Positions 35,867 to 46,695 of a stretch of DNA of 61,430 nt are shown piece by piece. Source of the stretch: a virus (Duplodnaviria > Heunggongvirae > Uroviricota > Caudoviricetes); the IMG/VR virus record IMGVR_UViG_3300029288_000083, positions 94,130 to 155,559 of that record. One strand, 5' to 3'. Position 1 is the stretch's first letter, and the number at the start of each line of letters is the position of its first letter. Under the pieces are notes generated by a model that saw only the letters and a program-made list of their open reading frames with translations, did no database searches and was not told where the DNA came from. A program made the translations under genes and the position numbers.

Positions 35867-37522
35867 TTATAAACCTGGAATATCGACACCACCGCCAGAA
35901 TCACCACCGCCAGAATCGCCTTCTTGTTTTTTCTTAGGTAATGGTTTACCGGTTCTTGGGTCCAATCCTAATTTTCTTCTGTTAATATATTTTTGATTTT
36001 GTTCCATATCAGATTGAGACATTTTCAAATATTTTTCTGCTAAGAACATTGCATCGAAAAATGGTACTTGCGAATCCATTCCTGAATCATCTTTTTCATT
36101 TACCATTAATCCTAACATGTTTGTTACGAATTCTACACGTTTACTTTGAACGTCCATCATTTTCATTTCCTTGAACAAGTTTTCTTCTTCATAATCAAGT
36201 CCTAACGCAGATTTGAACATGTCATCATTTTGAAGGAAAGGGTATTTCAATTGAACTTGAAGTATTACCGGCTTGATTATAATTTCTTGGAAAATAGAAC
36301 GAAGACGAGTTATAAATTTAGAGAATCGAATTTCTTCACGACTCATACCGCCAGCATCCATTCCCCATGATCCACCGCCGCCTTCATTATCAAAACGTTC
36401 AAATGGAATTTTTGAATCTGATTTCAATTTATCGTAAAAATATCGAAGTGCTTCAGTATCAGATAAATCCGTTCCTGCTGTTTGCATTACATCAATTTCA
36501 GGTTGTTCACCTGCTTTAGAAGGAAACAAATAATTTTTATAGAATTGCATTGAAGGTCTACCGTTAACTGACAATTCACCAGAATCCATATCAAGATTAA
36601 TATCTTCTTTATAAATTGCCATCATTTCAGCAAGTGATTCTTTTGCTTTTTGAGGAGATTTTGTACCGATTGGCACAATCATTTTAATACGGAATGATGC
36701 GTTCATTACGTTCCATATTGTTCTTGAATTTTCAAGAATACGTAATAAGTTAAATGAACGAATTAATCTTTCAACGTATGATGTACGGTTTGAAAAGTTT
36801 CCTTTTGCATAAGATATGTAAATAATCTGTGAATCATACAATTCTCTTTTCATTGTTGGAATATCTTCGTATTGAACCCAGATTTTTTGCAATTTTCCAT
36901 TTTCATCTTTCGATATACCAGGACGAAGTGAACCTGCATCAAGTTCTTTAAAACCTACAATGTTTTTTGATTCGGGATCATAAATAATTTCAAATGCAAG
37001 AAATCCATCTATTAAGAATTGTTTGAAAAAACTCCATGCATCTTGTCCTTCAACAAAGTGATGCGCATAATAAATTTTATTGAATGCACCCCAGATGTAA
37101 TTGATAATTTCATCTTGAACATCATCTTTTAGAATACGTCTTAAGTTTTGTAAATCTGGCTTACAGAAAAAGTTTCTATCATCATATACAATTGCTTCAT
37201 CTGTAATTGTTTCAATCATAAAGTCAATTTCGCCATTCATTGCAAAATTACGTAAGTAATCTCTTCGTTGAGGATATCCTTTGTCGAAGTATGCAATGAA
37301 TTTCTTTTGTCCAATATCTGCTAATGCTAATGAATATAAAAAATCCTCAGGCATAAACCCTTGGTTGCCCATCATTGCTTCCGTAGCACCAACGGCTTTA
37401 GATTGTTGTATGATCATATCCTCATAGTTCATCCCAAGACTTGCAAGTCTTTTGATTGATTTAGAAATTGACCATCCAGCAACAGTTGTTCCGTCTACTT
37501 GACGGTTAAGAAATCCTGCCAT
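35867..37522 (-). CDS. gp20: Portal protein
   Basis: EIDFMIETITDEAIV, FLIDG, LIRSFNLLRILENSRTIW, PIG..S..KA...L, YFYDKL...SKIPF.RF, REEIRFSKFI.RLR. Confidence 0.92.
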   Translation of the reverse strand: MAGFLNRQVDGTTVAGWSISKSIKRLASLGMNYEDMIIQQSKAVGATEAMMGNQGFMPEDFLYSLALADIGQKKFIAYFDKGYPQRRDYLRNFAMNGEIDFMIETITDEAIVYDDRNFFCKPDLQNLRRILKDDVQDEIINYIWGAFNKIYYAHHFVEGQDAWSFFKQFLIDGFLAFEIIYDPESKNIVGFKELDAGSLRPGISKDENGKLQKIWVQYEDIPTMKRELYDSQIIYISYAKGNFSNRTSYVERLIRSFNLLRILENSRTIWNVMNASFRIKMIVPIGTKSPQKAKESLAEMMAIYKEDINLDMDSGELSVNGRPSMQFYKNYLFPSKAGEQPEIDVMQTAGTDLSDTEALRYFYDKLKSDSKIPFERFDNEGGGGSWGMDAGGMSREEIRFSKFITRLRSIFQEIIIKPVILQVQLKYPFLQNDDMFKSALGLDYEEENLFKEMKMMDVQSKRVEFVTNMLGLMVNEKDDSGMDSQVPFFDAMFLAEKYLKMSQSDMEQNQKYINRRKLGLDPRTGKPLPKKKQEGDSGGGDSGGGVDIPGL

Positions 37523-37539
37523 ATAATTTTGTTTTTTAT

Positions 37540-38199
37540 TTATTTATTTCCTTTTGAAATTGCGTAATATTCATTATAGATTTCATTCAGATCTTTACCC
37601 ATAATGTCTTGTGCTTTAATAAAAGGAATATCATTCCAATCATCATATTCAACAAGACTTGATAATTTTATTCTAGACCGAATATATTGTCTATATGCAA
37701 AACCGTAATGTATATTTGCATGTTCAAAAATTTTAATAGTTTCCAACCAATTTCTTAACGCAGTTATTAATTTTGTTGCTAAGAAAATTGATTTTGTATT
37801 TGCTGCTTTTTCACCCGCATTGATGTCTGCCGAAAACTTTTCGTAAAATAATTGCAACGTTCCTACTTTAACCTTTTCAGGCAAAAAGTTTAAATTTACG
37901 CCAACAACAATATCATTACCTGTACCTTTTGCTCTGTATACATCATGACACAAAATAATAGGCCGCGTATCGTAATAATCTAAACGATCTTTATATAAAG
38001 GTGTGTATTGAAAAGTATATATTTTACCAGGTATAAAAAAATTGCTTGACCCGTGTTTAAAATTGATACGTTCATTCAATTTGAATCCATCTGGGTCAGG
38101 TTGTCCCAATTGATACTTTTTAATAAAATTCTTATAAGCATTTGCGCGTAATTGAATATTACCTGCATTTTCTCTATAATATTGTTTTGGTGGTATCAT
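37540..38199 (-). CDS. DNA end-protector protein, gp2-like
   Basis: PGKIYTFQY.P..K..L.YYD..PII, GVNLNFLP. Confidence 0.7.
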   Translation of the reverse strand: MIPPKQYYRENAGNIQLRANAYKNFIKKYQLGQPDPDGFKLNERINFKHGSSNFFIPGKIYTFQYTPLYKDRLDYYDTRPIILCHDVYRAKGTGNDIVVGVNLNFLPEKVKVGTLQLFYEKFSADINAGEKAANTKSIFLATKLITALRNWLETIKIFEHANIHYGFAYRQYIRSRIKLSSLVEYDDWNDIPFIKAQDIMGKDLNEIYNEYYAISKGNK

Positions 38200-38201
38200 A
38201 A

Positions 38202-38693
38202 TTATTGATTAAAAAGAAAGTCTTCGGTTACAACTAGAAACTTACAGCCTCTTTTTGCTGCGTGCATTTTTGCAGCTGCAAATTTTGCTGTATTGATAAT
38301 GAAAGTTTTCAATTGTTCGTTGTAAACCATTAACATTTTATGCGTATTTTTCTTTGGCGGCAATGGTTTTAATAATTGCGCTTTAGGCTTAACTTCAACT
38401 AAGTATTCTTCAACCACGCCATTCGATTGTTCGATTTTGATATAGAAGTCCACAAAATATTCGTGGACTCTTTTATCAATTGGACTTATGTATTGAATTG
38501 CAAATGGTTCTGATGACCATTTTAATACTTTTTGTGAACTGTCGCAAAATACACAAAATTTTCTTTCCCATGATGAACGATAAATTATCTTTGTGATATC
38601 ACCAATGTATTTTACAGGATTTCTAGCGACATACTTTCCAGTTATGTTTACGTTCCTAGATGGAACGATTGATTTAATATCAGTTTTTGCCAT
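38202..38693 (-). CDS. gp4: Head completion nuclease
   Basis: GKY..RNP.KY.GD...IIYRSSWE, WSSEP, YFVDF, VEVKP. Confidence 0.88.
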   Translation of the reverse strand: MAKTDIKSIVPSRNVNITGKYVARNPVKYIGDITKIIYRSSWERKFCVFCDSSQKVLKWSSEPFAIQYISPIDKRVHEYFVDFYIKIEQSNGVVEEYLVEVKPKAQLLKPLPPKKNTHKMLMVYNEQLKTFIINTAKFAAAKMHAAKRGCKFLVVTEDFLFNQ

Positions 38694-39058
38694 TACATGT
38701 TGTGTATATTCTCGTGTGATAACGATACTTTGTTGATTGTTTTAATTGGATGTAGTTTTTTCCATCCTTTTTTTAATCCGTTAAGAATCATTCTTGTGAA
38801 ATAAGCAAATGCGTACTCTGAACGTTCAGGATCATAACCTTTCCAATATCTAAGAACATCTTCAATTGCAAATGCAACGCAATCTTCTTTATCCATTGGG
38901 TACTTATAACTATTAGTTCTTGAAATTTCATTACACATAAGAACCAACATATCAGTTGCATCTCTTGTTAATTCGCCTTTACTTTTAGATTCGATTATTG
39001 CATTTCTAAATTCTTCGGGATCTACGTAGTATTTCTTGTTTGATTTTTTTCTTCCCAT
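38693..39058 (-). CDS. gp55: Late transcription sigma factor, gp55-like
   Basis: KYYVD..EF, Y.Y..DKEDC, YDPERS..AFAYFT. Confidence 0.8.
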   Translation of the reverse strand: MGRKKSNKKYYVDPEEFRNAIIESKSKGELTRDATDMLVLMCNEISRTNSYKYPMDKEDCVAFAIEDVLRYWKGYDPERSEYAFAYFTRMILNGLKKGWKKLHPIKTINKVSLSHENIHNM

Positions 39059-39097
39059 GTTTTTTGGATTTTAAATTGTGAATACTTTATATGCAAA

Positions 39098-39117
39098 AAA
39101 GTTCTGTACAGAACTTT
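39098..39117 (-). terminator. 20-bp palindrome / terminator
   Basis: AAAGTTCTGTACAGAACTTT followed by a T-run on the minus strand. Confidence 0.55.
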
Positions 39118-39138
39118 CCAATAGTTTTTATTTTGAAA

Positions 39139-41424
39139 TTACTCAGCTATCTTTATAAACTTTTTAAGTGTATATGATTTATGTTTCAATCCTTCACCGA
39201 CACGTATTTCAATTTTATCATTATCGCCTTTTGATGTATAATCTATAGCTTTTACAAGAATATCCCCAAGGTCACCTTCAAGTTCTTCGCCTTTTGAGCT
39301 TAACATTTGTCCTTTAACAAAACCTTCTTCATTGTTTTCTTGTATCTGAACAGATTGAGAACCATCTTGTCCTGTTAGTTTTATTTCAGGGTTGTTTTCG
39401 TTAGATTTTTTTTTTAATATTTCAACTTCATGTAAGAATTGTTGAGGAATTGAAACGCTTTTACCATCATTCATTGCAACGATTGTGTTATTATTTGTAT
39501 CGTTACCTTGAACTATTCCAATCATGCCATTTTTCAATTTTACTTGGTCTCCAGATTCAAGTGGGTTTGTAATATCTTCACCTTTTTTGATGTCATCGCT
39601 GACAGTCATTGCTGTGTTTTTTTTATCAAGTTTATTTACGCCATCAGGATCATTTGCTTCAAATGCTTTAGCATCATCAGTTTCAAAATATTCGCCTAGC
39701 GATTTAGCTTTAGTAATTGCGGATGCAGCATCTAAGTTTTCTTCAACAATTGTATAATCATTTGATTTATAATCAGATAATGTTTGTTTTCCTATAAAGA
39801 ATTTTTTATTATCACCTTCTTGTGCAAAGTAGATAGTAGCATTTTTATTTGATTCATTTGTCCAAAAAGTTGCAACATCATCAGCTTGTTCAAAATCTTC
39901 ATCATTGAATAAAGTATTTACTTTAGTTAATGAATTTATTTTATTATGAACTGCATTTTCATGTTCTTTTAAAGAATTGATTTCAGTATCAATTGCAGAA
40001 AGTAATTCTTTAACTTCAGCATTTTCTCTTAAAATCGGATTAGATTGCGTTTGAGCAATAACAGAAGCTTTCTTATCAGATAAAAGTTGTATAGCTTCCA
40101 TTAATTCACCTTTTTCTACTTCAAGGTTTTTTAACTTTTCAGTTTCAGCAGGTATTAAATCTTTTAGCGATTCAGATATGTCAAATCTTAAATGTTCAAG
40201 TATAAGTTGTTTTGTTTGAATGCCGTTTACATTTGTTATGAATTCATTAGATTTTTGAGATTCATTTACTTTAATTAAACAAATAGATTTTTCTGTTTTG
40301 TAAACATCAGCCCATTGGCCTTTCATTGTTTTTGAAACTAAACGTTTACCGTAATCAATTTCGTAAACATTTCCGATGTTTTCATATAGAACAGCAATTT
40401 GTTTTAGTATTTCATTTTCATTTTGACGGAATATACCTTCATTCATAAAATATTTAGTGAATGTTTGGTATGGTAATTCTTTGCCATTTAAAACAATTTT
40501 TGTATTTTCGCCTTCGATGATTATGTCAACATTTTTATTACCTGACGGTGTAGATACTGAAATTTTATTTTCAAATACACGAACGTTAGGTTGCGACAAG
40601 AAAAATGCAATACTTACAAAATCCTGTGGTAAAGTTTTGATTTCAGCTTCAGTTAATGATTTAATTTTATCGTTTTCTTTTACTAAGAATCGACCTGATG
40701 CGAAGAATATTTCACTTTTCTCATTGATTAATACTGGAGAATAGATTTTCTCAATTGATACTTGTCCATTTGCTTCGATTTGTAATCCGCCTTCAGATAG
40801 AATAAGAATTCCATGAAGATGTTTCATACTAGCATCGAATAAATACGGATTTATTTTTTCAATAACTGCTTTTCTAGTTTCTGCTGTACGTTCAACAAAA
40901 TACGTATCAAGTTCTTGTTCAAACATTTTTGAAAGATACGAACCTGAACTATTTTTAAATTCATACATGAAATTTGCTAACTGAATATCTTCTTTATATT
41001 TTTCAATACTTTCAGATATTTTTGCAATATCAGCTTTTAACTCTAAATTCCAACTGTATTGTTTTAACGAATCAACGTATCTTTGTGCAGTTACATACTC
41101 AGGTAAAGATTTAATGGTTTGTGCCATTGATTCAATAAGAGGTTTGATTGTTGGATAATGCATTAAATCACTATTCATTAATCTATTGTGCGATTCTCTT
41201 ACACCTAAATTACTTATTTCGATAATACGATTTTCTCGCATTATAAAAGTAGCAACTTCTTTATCGTCGATATTTGCAAGGTCCTTCACAAGAGTTTCAG
41301 CAATAACTGAATCCATGAAGCCATTAGATTTGCAAGCTTCCAATGCAGCGTTAGATAATTCTATCGCTTCTGTTGAACTTGTTCTCTTTTTTAATAACGC
41401 TATTCTATCTTTTAGATTTAACAT
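39139..41424 (-). CDS. Large hypothetical protein, probably virion-associated
   Basis: 761 aa with coiled-coil segments; TATATAA motif upstream. Confidence 0.7.
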   Translation of the reverse strand: MLNLKDRIALLKKRTSSTEAIELSNAALEACKSNGFMDSVIAETLVKDLANIDDKEVATFIMRENRIIEISNLGVRESHNRLMNSDLMHYPTIKPLIESMAQTIKSLPEYVTAQRYVDSLKQYSWNLELKADIAKISESIEKYKEDIQLANFMYEFKNSSGSYLSKMFEQELDTYFVERTAETRKAVIEKINPYLFDASMKHLHGILILSEGGLQIEANGQVSIEKIYSPVLINEKSEIFFASGRFLVKENDKIKSLTEAEIKTLPQDFVSIAFFLSQPNVRVFENKISVSTPSGNKNVDIIIEGENTKIVLNGKELPYQTFTKYFMNEGIFRQNENEILKQIAVLYENIGNVYEIDYGKRLVSKTMKGQWADVYKTEKSICLIKVNESQKSNEFITNVNGIQTKQLILEHLRFDISESLKDLIPAETEKLKNLEVEKGELMEAIQLLSDKKASVIAQTQSNPILRENAEVKELLSAIDTEINSLKEHENAVHNKINSLTKVNTLFNDEDFEQADDVATFWTNESNKNATIYFAQEGDNKKFFIGKQTLSDYKSNDYTIVEENLDAASAITKAKSLGEYFETDDAKAFEANDPDGVNKLDKKNTAMTVSDDIKKGEDITNPLESGDQVKLKNGMIGIVQGNDTNNNTIVAMNDGKSVSIPQQFLHEVEILKKKSNENNPEIKLTGQDGSQSVQIQENNEEGFVKGQMLSSKGEELEGDLGDILVKAIDYTSKGDNDKIEIRVGEGLKHKSYTLKKFIKIAE

Positions 41425-41485
41425 TGTGAAGATTTTTTTATTTTATTTTATTATATATTTATGTAAGCAAATGAATATTTTACAA

Positions 41486-42919
41486 CTATACTATCGTTAT
41501 AAAGCCAATATCACCATTTTCGTCTAATAGAATTCCGTTGCCACGGCCTGTAGCATCAGAAACTTTAAACGTAATCTTAGTGTTTATAGTTGCAACGTAT
41601 CCAGAACCGCCTACTAATCGTTCTGAATCGTATCCTACGATTTTTCCATCTATAACTGATGGAATTATTGAAGCACCGCTTCCTGTTGATGATTCAATCT
41701 CTAACATTGTTGTTTGGTCATAATTATTACCAGGTTCAACAATTATTATGTCAGAAATAGAGCCATCGATGTCAACAACTGCTTTCACAACAGCACCGCT
41801 TCCTTTTGCATTGGGCGTAATTACAAGAACATCTATTAAACCTATCATATTTGGTATAGTCCATGTATATTCTCCTATACTTGCATCAATAAGTGTTGCA
41901 ATTTGTACCCATTCTGTACCAGGATATAGTGCGTAATACAAATTGACTTTATGAATGAAATTTGCAAATGTCCATTTTATTGTTACGTCACTAGTTGCAA
42001 CTCGTGATTCGTTTGCAATAGGATTTATAATGTTAATTGTATTTCCGGAGCTATCATTGATTTGTTTAAAATCTCCAATCAATATAGCATCCATTTTATT
42101 TGAAGCAAGTCTTGCTGTTTTTCCATTTGCTGAACCATTATCTGTAATAGAATGAACTACTTGTCCTTTTTTAACATTAATTTTGTTTCTTCTACTTTCG
42201 CCGACATAATATGATATGTCATTATTATTCATAGGTGTTCCAAGGTTCGAATCTTTGATTGCTTTTTTTGAACCTAGATTAGGTTCATCAAATATTGGAA
42301 AATACGTTTCCAAAGACAATGTAAATGTCATAGCAATTTTTGTTTCTGATGGATATGAAAATTCAAACGATTTTTCAATCGGATATGTTTCAGGAAAACC
42401 GACTTGACATGGTATCATTAAACCTTTATATGCAACATTAAAAATTTGTACTTTATAAAAAACTTCAAGTATTGATTGATAAAGTTTAAACATATTTGTC
42501 ATTGTATCTGTATGAATTTCAACATCAAAATTCAAATCCAATGGCAAACTATTTATATATGCATTGTACACTTCCATTTGGCCGTCAACGATTCTTGTGT
42601 AATTTCCACGAATCCAACGTTGGGTCATGTTTCCTTTGTTTATTGTTGAATCATTAAGTTTAACAACACCTCTTGGCATTGGGTCAAAATTGCCATCCAT
42701 GAATTTGGGATGGGCACACGAACGCCAATCTAAAAATGCGTCTTGAAGATATCTTTCATCACCTGTTGTCGAATAATAAAAAGGAACTTCTACAATTTCT
42801 TGTTCATCATTAGACCATACATTCTCGAAAAAAACTTCCTGATTTAATAAATTGATTAATCCAATTATCACGGAACGTAAATGAATATCGTCTCTATTAA
42901 ATTTTTCTAAATACGCCAT
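41486..42919 (-). CDS. Tail completion / sheath terminator, gp15-like, with C-terminal beta-rich extension
   Basis: SVIIGL..LLN, VPFYY, PMPRG, LDLNFDVEI; ends TAG-TTG-TAA. Confidence 0.6.
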   Translation of the reverse strand: MAYLEKFNRDDIHLRSVIIGLINLLNQEVFFENVWSNDEQEIVEVPFYYSTTGDERYLQDAFLDWRSCAHPKFMDGNFDPMPRGVVKLNDSTINKGNMTQRWIRGNYTRIVDGQMEVYNAYINSLPLDLNFDVEIHTDTMTNMFKLYQSILEVFYKVQIFNVAYKGLMIPCQVGFPETYPIEKSFEFSYPSETKIAMTFTLSLETYFPIFDEPNLGSKKAIKDSNLGTPMNNNDISYYVGESRRNKINVKKGQVVHSITDNGSANGKTARLASNKMDAILIGDFKQINDSSGNTINIINPIANESRVATSDVTIKWTFANFIHKVNLYYALYPGTEWVQIATLIDASIGEYTWTIPNMIGLIDVLVITPNAKGSGAVVKAVVDIDGSISDIIIVEPGNNYDQTTMLEIESSTGSGASIIPSVIDGKIVGYDSERLVGGSGYVATINTKITFKVSDATGRGNGILLDENGDIGFITIV

Positions 42920-42933
42920 TTTGTTATTTTATT

Positions 42934-42943
42934 TTATATATTC
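42934..42943 (-). promoter_or_regulatory. Putative late promoter GAATATATAA
   Basis: About 15 nt upstream of the gp15-like ATG. Confidence 0.55.
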
Positions 42944-42949
42944 GCAATT

Positions 42950-44620
42950 TTAATCAATCTTCTGGATATCCATTTGCGAAAAATTATTAGGTTTAGATAC
43001 AAAAATCTTGTAATCAAAAACCTCAGCAGGAAGTGGCGCATGGTTTACAACAAAAATATTCATATTCATTGATTTTGTTGTGTCAGCTAATATTTTTAAT
43101 ATGTGGTGAATTCCATCTGAATCAATACTTGCGAATAATTCATCTAGAAATGTTATGTTAATGGATGGATATTTTATTTTCATTAGTCGAATTATCGCAA
43201 TTAAAACTGCAAAGTCAACTTTTTTCTTTTCACCAGTACTTAATTGTTGAATTGCAACTTCATGTCCAAGATGTGATATGTGTGCATCAAATGATTTATC
43301 AAAAATAACCTTATAATCCATTCTTAATTCTGATAATACTAAACGTATTTCAGAATTTAATGCAGGCATAATTTTATTTATTGCAAGTTGTTTTACTCCA
43401 TTATCTCCAAAGATTTCTTCAACAATTTTAAAGAAACTTATATGTTGTGAGCTTTTATCAGATTTTTTTATTATTGCTTTACGTCTTTCTTTATTGTCAG
43501 CAATAATTTTTTCGATAGATTGTGTTTCCAGTGTTTTATCACCATCTTTCAGTTGTTCAAGTTGTTGTTTGTAACCTGATATGATAGTTGAGAATTCAAT
43601 TTGCTTATTGCTGTACGAATTTTTTGCAGTTAATATTTTTGCTTTTAATTCTCTGATACTTTTTATAGATTCCTGCAGTTTTTCGATATTTTCATTTACC
43701 TTTATTTCTTTGTTAATCAATTCATCTAAAATTGATTTATGATGTTCGGTAGTCAAATCGGCTTCACACATAGGACATTTTGAATTTTCATATAATGTTT
43801 TCTTTTCAGCAATATTTTTTGCTGTTACATTATTTTTATTCAAAAGTTCAATTAAGCCATTAAGTTTTTCATTTGATTGACCTAATTTCTCATCAACATT
43901 TGTTAATTTTGTTCCTATGTCAGTTAATAGTGCATCATATTCTTTAATACTTTGTTGAATAGTATTTATTTTTGATTGCGCATTTAATTCAATTTTTTGT
44001 TTAAGTAATTCAAGTTCTGTTTCAGAATTTGCAATTGTTTGTGCAATTGTCTCAACTTGTTTAGTAAATGTTAATGCGTTATCTCTTAATGTTTTCAGTT
44101 CTTCTTTAACAAGCCATTTTGCATTGTTAATAATTTCTAAACTGAATATTTTGTCGATGATCATTCTTTTATCATGCGGAGACATATTCAAAAATGACTT
44201 AAAATCATTAATTGATAAAGATATTATGTTATTAAAAACATAAAATGGCAAACCTATAATTTCATCTGCAATATAATCTTCGACATTTTGTTTTCCTGCT
44301 TGGTCATATTCTTCGCCGTTTATAAACAGTCTTAAGAAATTTGGTCGTATTCCTCGTTCAATCGTTATCGTATTATTGTTTGCAACCATAATAACTTTAA
44401 CGTATGTTTGCTGATTGAATCTGTTGGGAATATCGCTTAATCTTTTATTTCCAAGTTTTCCATAGATACCAAACTTTATAACATCAGACATTGTTGATTT
44501 GCCCGCGCCATTTTCTCCCATTACAAGATAAAACATACCGTCTGTTTCTGAAAAATCAATTTTTTGCAATTTGTTGCCGTAAGATGCAAAATTGCGAAAT
44601 TCTATTGAAAGTATTCTCAT
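42950..44620 (-). CDS. gp46: Recombination nuclease ATPase subunit (gp46/SbcC/Rad50)
   Basis: GENGAGKS, zinc hook CPMC, LSTGEKK, FLDELF. Confidence 0.92.
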   Translation of the reverse strand: MRILSIEFRNFASYGNKLQKIDFSETDGMFYLVMGENGAGKSTMSDVIKFGIYGKLGNKRLSDIPNRFNQQTYVKVIMVANNNTITIERGIRPNFLRLFINGEEYDQAGKQNVEDYIADEIIGLPFYVFNNIISLSINDFKSFLNMSPHDKRMIIDKIFSLEIINNAKWLVKEELKTLRDNALTFTKQVETIAQTIANSETELELLKQKIELNAQSKINTIQQSIKEYDALLTDIGTKLTNVDEKLGQSNEKLNGLIELLNKNNVTAKNIAEKKTLYENSKCPMCEADLTTEHHKSILDELINKEIKVNENIEKLQESIKSIRELKAKILTAKNSYSNKQIEFSTIISGYKQQLEQLKDGDKTLETQSIEKIIADNKERRKAIIKKSDKSSQHISFFKIVEEIFGDNGVKQLAINKIMPALNSEIRLVLSELRMDYKVIFDKSFDAHISHLGHEVAIQQLSTGEKKKVDFAVLIAIIRLMKIKYPSINITFLDELFASIDSDGIHHILKILADTTKSMNMNIFVVNHAPLPAEVFDYKIFVSKPNNFSQMDIQKID

Positions 44621-45702
44621 ATTTCTTTTTCTTGTGATAATTTTAATGCCTTGCGGTATAATTTTAGCGAGACATCTAATAATTGTTCTTTTGTATTATC
44701 AGCGTATGGCAATTCGTTACAATATAATGTAATTAAGTCAGCAATATCAATTTCCTCGCCATCATAATCTTCATCCTCAACGTCTTTTTGTAACGATGAT
44801 AAAACATAATTTAATTTTCGATGGCCTGTTAATGTATCAACAAGCAATGCAAATGGAAATTTTGAAACCCACTTGCCATCAATGATAAAGTCAACATAAT
44901 TGTTTGTCACATGTTTTTGCAATTCATCAATAGTCAGATTTAAAATATCATCAATAGCAAACTTTTGAAATATTGGAGAATAGTTATTTTCATATCTAAT
45001 TTCTTCATCAGTTTCAAAATTTATGTTATAGACATATTTTTGATTATGCAAATCGCTTCTTGTTAATTGAAACGGACAGCCAATCATGCGAATATTTTTA
45101 ATATGTTGTGAAAAATGTATATGCCCAGAATAAACTTTTTTGTAATGTTCAACAACTGAAGGATCTAAACCTGATTCGATTGCAATCTTTCTATTGTATT
45201 TCATATTCAAGAAATCTGTATGACAAAACATATAATCAGCAGGGTGATTGCGAACAACATCAATTTCTGCATTTTTATCTTCAACCCAAGGCATCATAAA
45301 TAACTTTGCATATTTTGTGTGCAAAATCTGCGGTTCAGTTAAGACAGTAATGTTATCAATTGTGTTAAACACAATGGAAGAATTAACGCTGTTTGTTTGT
45401 TTTCTATAAATGTCGTGATTACCGACAATTATCAAAATTGGCATAATTTCAGAAAGCTTCGAGAAAATTTCGAAAGCTTTATTCATAACAAGAATATTAA
45501 GAGATTGACGAGATTCAAAGATATCACCAAGTACAAATAAACAGTCACCTTCTTTTTTATTGGCTTTTAATAACGGTATGAAAAAATTATTGAAATAATC
45601 TTCATGACAGTCAAGCCATTCAAGTGAACTTGACCTAACACCGAAATGTATATCGGATATAAGCCAAGCTCTTTTGATTTCGGCAACATTTAATTTCATC
45701 AT
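44617..45702 (-). CDS. gp47: Recombination nuclease subunit (gp47/SbcD/Mre11)
   Basis: SDIHFG, LGDIFE, VGNHD, SGHIH. Confidence 0.92.
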   Translation of the reverse strand: MMKLNVAEIKRAWLISDIHFGVRSSSLEWLDCHEDYFNNFFIPLLKANKKEGDCLFVLGDIFESRQSLNILVMNKAFEIFSKLSEIMPILIIVGNHDIYRKQTNSVNSSIVFNTIDNITVLTEPQILHTKYAKLFMMPWVEDKNAEIDVVRNHPADYMFCHTDFLNMKYNRKIAIESGLDPSVVEHYKKVYSGHIHFSQHIKNIRMIGCPFQLTRSDLHNQKYVYNINFETDEEIRYENNYSPIFQKFAIDDILNLTIDELQKHVTNNYVDFIIDGKWVSKFPFALLVDTLTGHRKLNYVLSSLQKDVEDEDYDGEEIDIADLITLYCNELPYADNTKEQLLDVSLKLYRKALKLSQEKEI

Positions 45703-45705
45703 GAC

Positions 45706-46215
45706 TTAAAATAAGTTATGCGCTTTTTTGTTTGAAATTATATGATATTTTTTGTTAAGTTCTTTAAGAATTGCCTCTTTGTGTATGATTGGCAATTCTC
45801 TATACATTGTTTTAAAATTCATTTTCATGAAATTAACAATTGCAATGAACTTTTCAACTGTTGTGTATCTTTCAGCATTACTTATTCTATCTAAGAAATA
45901 TAAGTATACTTCAACCATTTCATGTTTCGATACTTTTTTATTTCCTTCATATTTTGCAGCAAATGGTGCGGCATTAAATAATTCATAAAGATTTTCTTCC
46001 AATGCACGATATTCAAATTCTTCATGTGGATTTTGCGATTCGCGATTTGTTGACATTAACCAATCCTGGTCAATTGCAAATTTTCCAAATTGCTGAAATT
46101 CACCTGAGGAATCGTCATCAGTGCTAATAGTTTCTTCAACATCTGAATCTGTTGATTCATCTTGATTTTCAAAGTCAAGGAATTCATTTTCCTCATCAAA
46201 TAGTTTTTTACTCAT
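45706..46215 (-). CDS. Hypothetical protein
   Basis: 169 aa, acidic N-terminus. Confidence 0.7.
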   Translation of the reverse strand: MSKKLFDEENEFLDFENQDESTDSDVEETISTDDDSSGEFQQFGKFAIDQDWLMSTNRESQNPHEEFEYRALEENLYELFNAAPFAAKYEGNKKVSKHEMVEVYLYFLDRISNAERYTTVEKFIAIVNFMKMNFKTMYRELPIIHKEAILKELNKKYHIISNKKAHNLF

Positions 46216-46693
46216 ATCTTAATTTTTTAATGTAGTCTTGAATTAAAATAACATTTCTTTCCATGTGTTCTTTCAATTCATCGGTTAGTACTTCTGGTAA
46301 TATTTTTATAATTTCAACATCGGCAGTATTTACGTCTGTTACAAATTTTGGTAAAACAACAACTTTGAGTAATGTATCCTTTGCAAGATATTCTTCTCTG
46401 TTATTTAATCCTGCGTGTGCACATACTTCAGATAATTGTTCATACACACGTTGATTTGAACTTCCAGATCTTACAGGAATTTTATATACAAGATATGTTA
46501 ATTGCTTTGAGTTTTGTAATTCTGGATGCTCGAAACATTCATCGCGTTTTGCAATTAATGTTTGTATTTCCGCGTATTTCTCATTGAGCATATCGTACTT
46601 TCTTCCATTATTTTCGCTTTTTTCACCAGCTTCTTTTAATAGCTCATTCAAATCGTCGTTATTTGTTTTGTTTTGTCCTTTTAGTAAATCCAT
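46208..46693 (-). CDS. Hypothetical protein
   Basis: 161-aa ORF. Confidence 0.7.
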   Translation of the reverse strand: MDLLKGQNKTNNDDLNELLKEAGEKSENNGRKYDMLNEKYAEIQTLIAKRDECFEHPELQNSKQLTYLVYKIPVRSGSSNQRVYEQLSEVCAHAGLNNREEYLAKDTLLKVVVLPKFVTDVNTADVEIIKILPEVLTDELKEHMERNVILIQDYIKKLRYE

Positions 46694-46695
46694 GG

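Noticed and set aside
35887-35920. CACCGCCAGAATC repeat at the portal 3' end
   Set aside because: It encodes an ordinary Gly-rich GDSGGG linker tail
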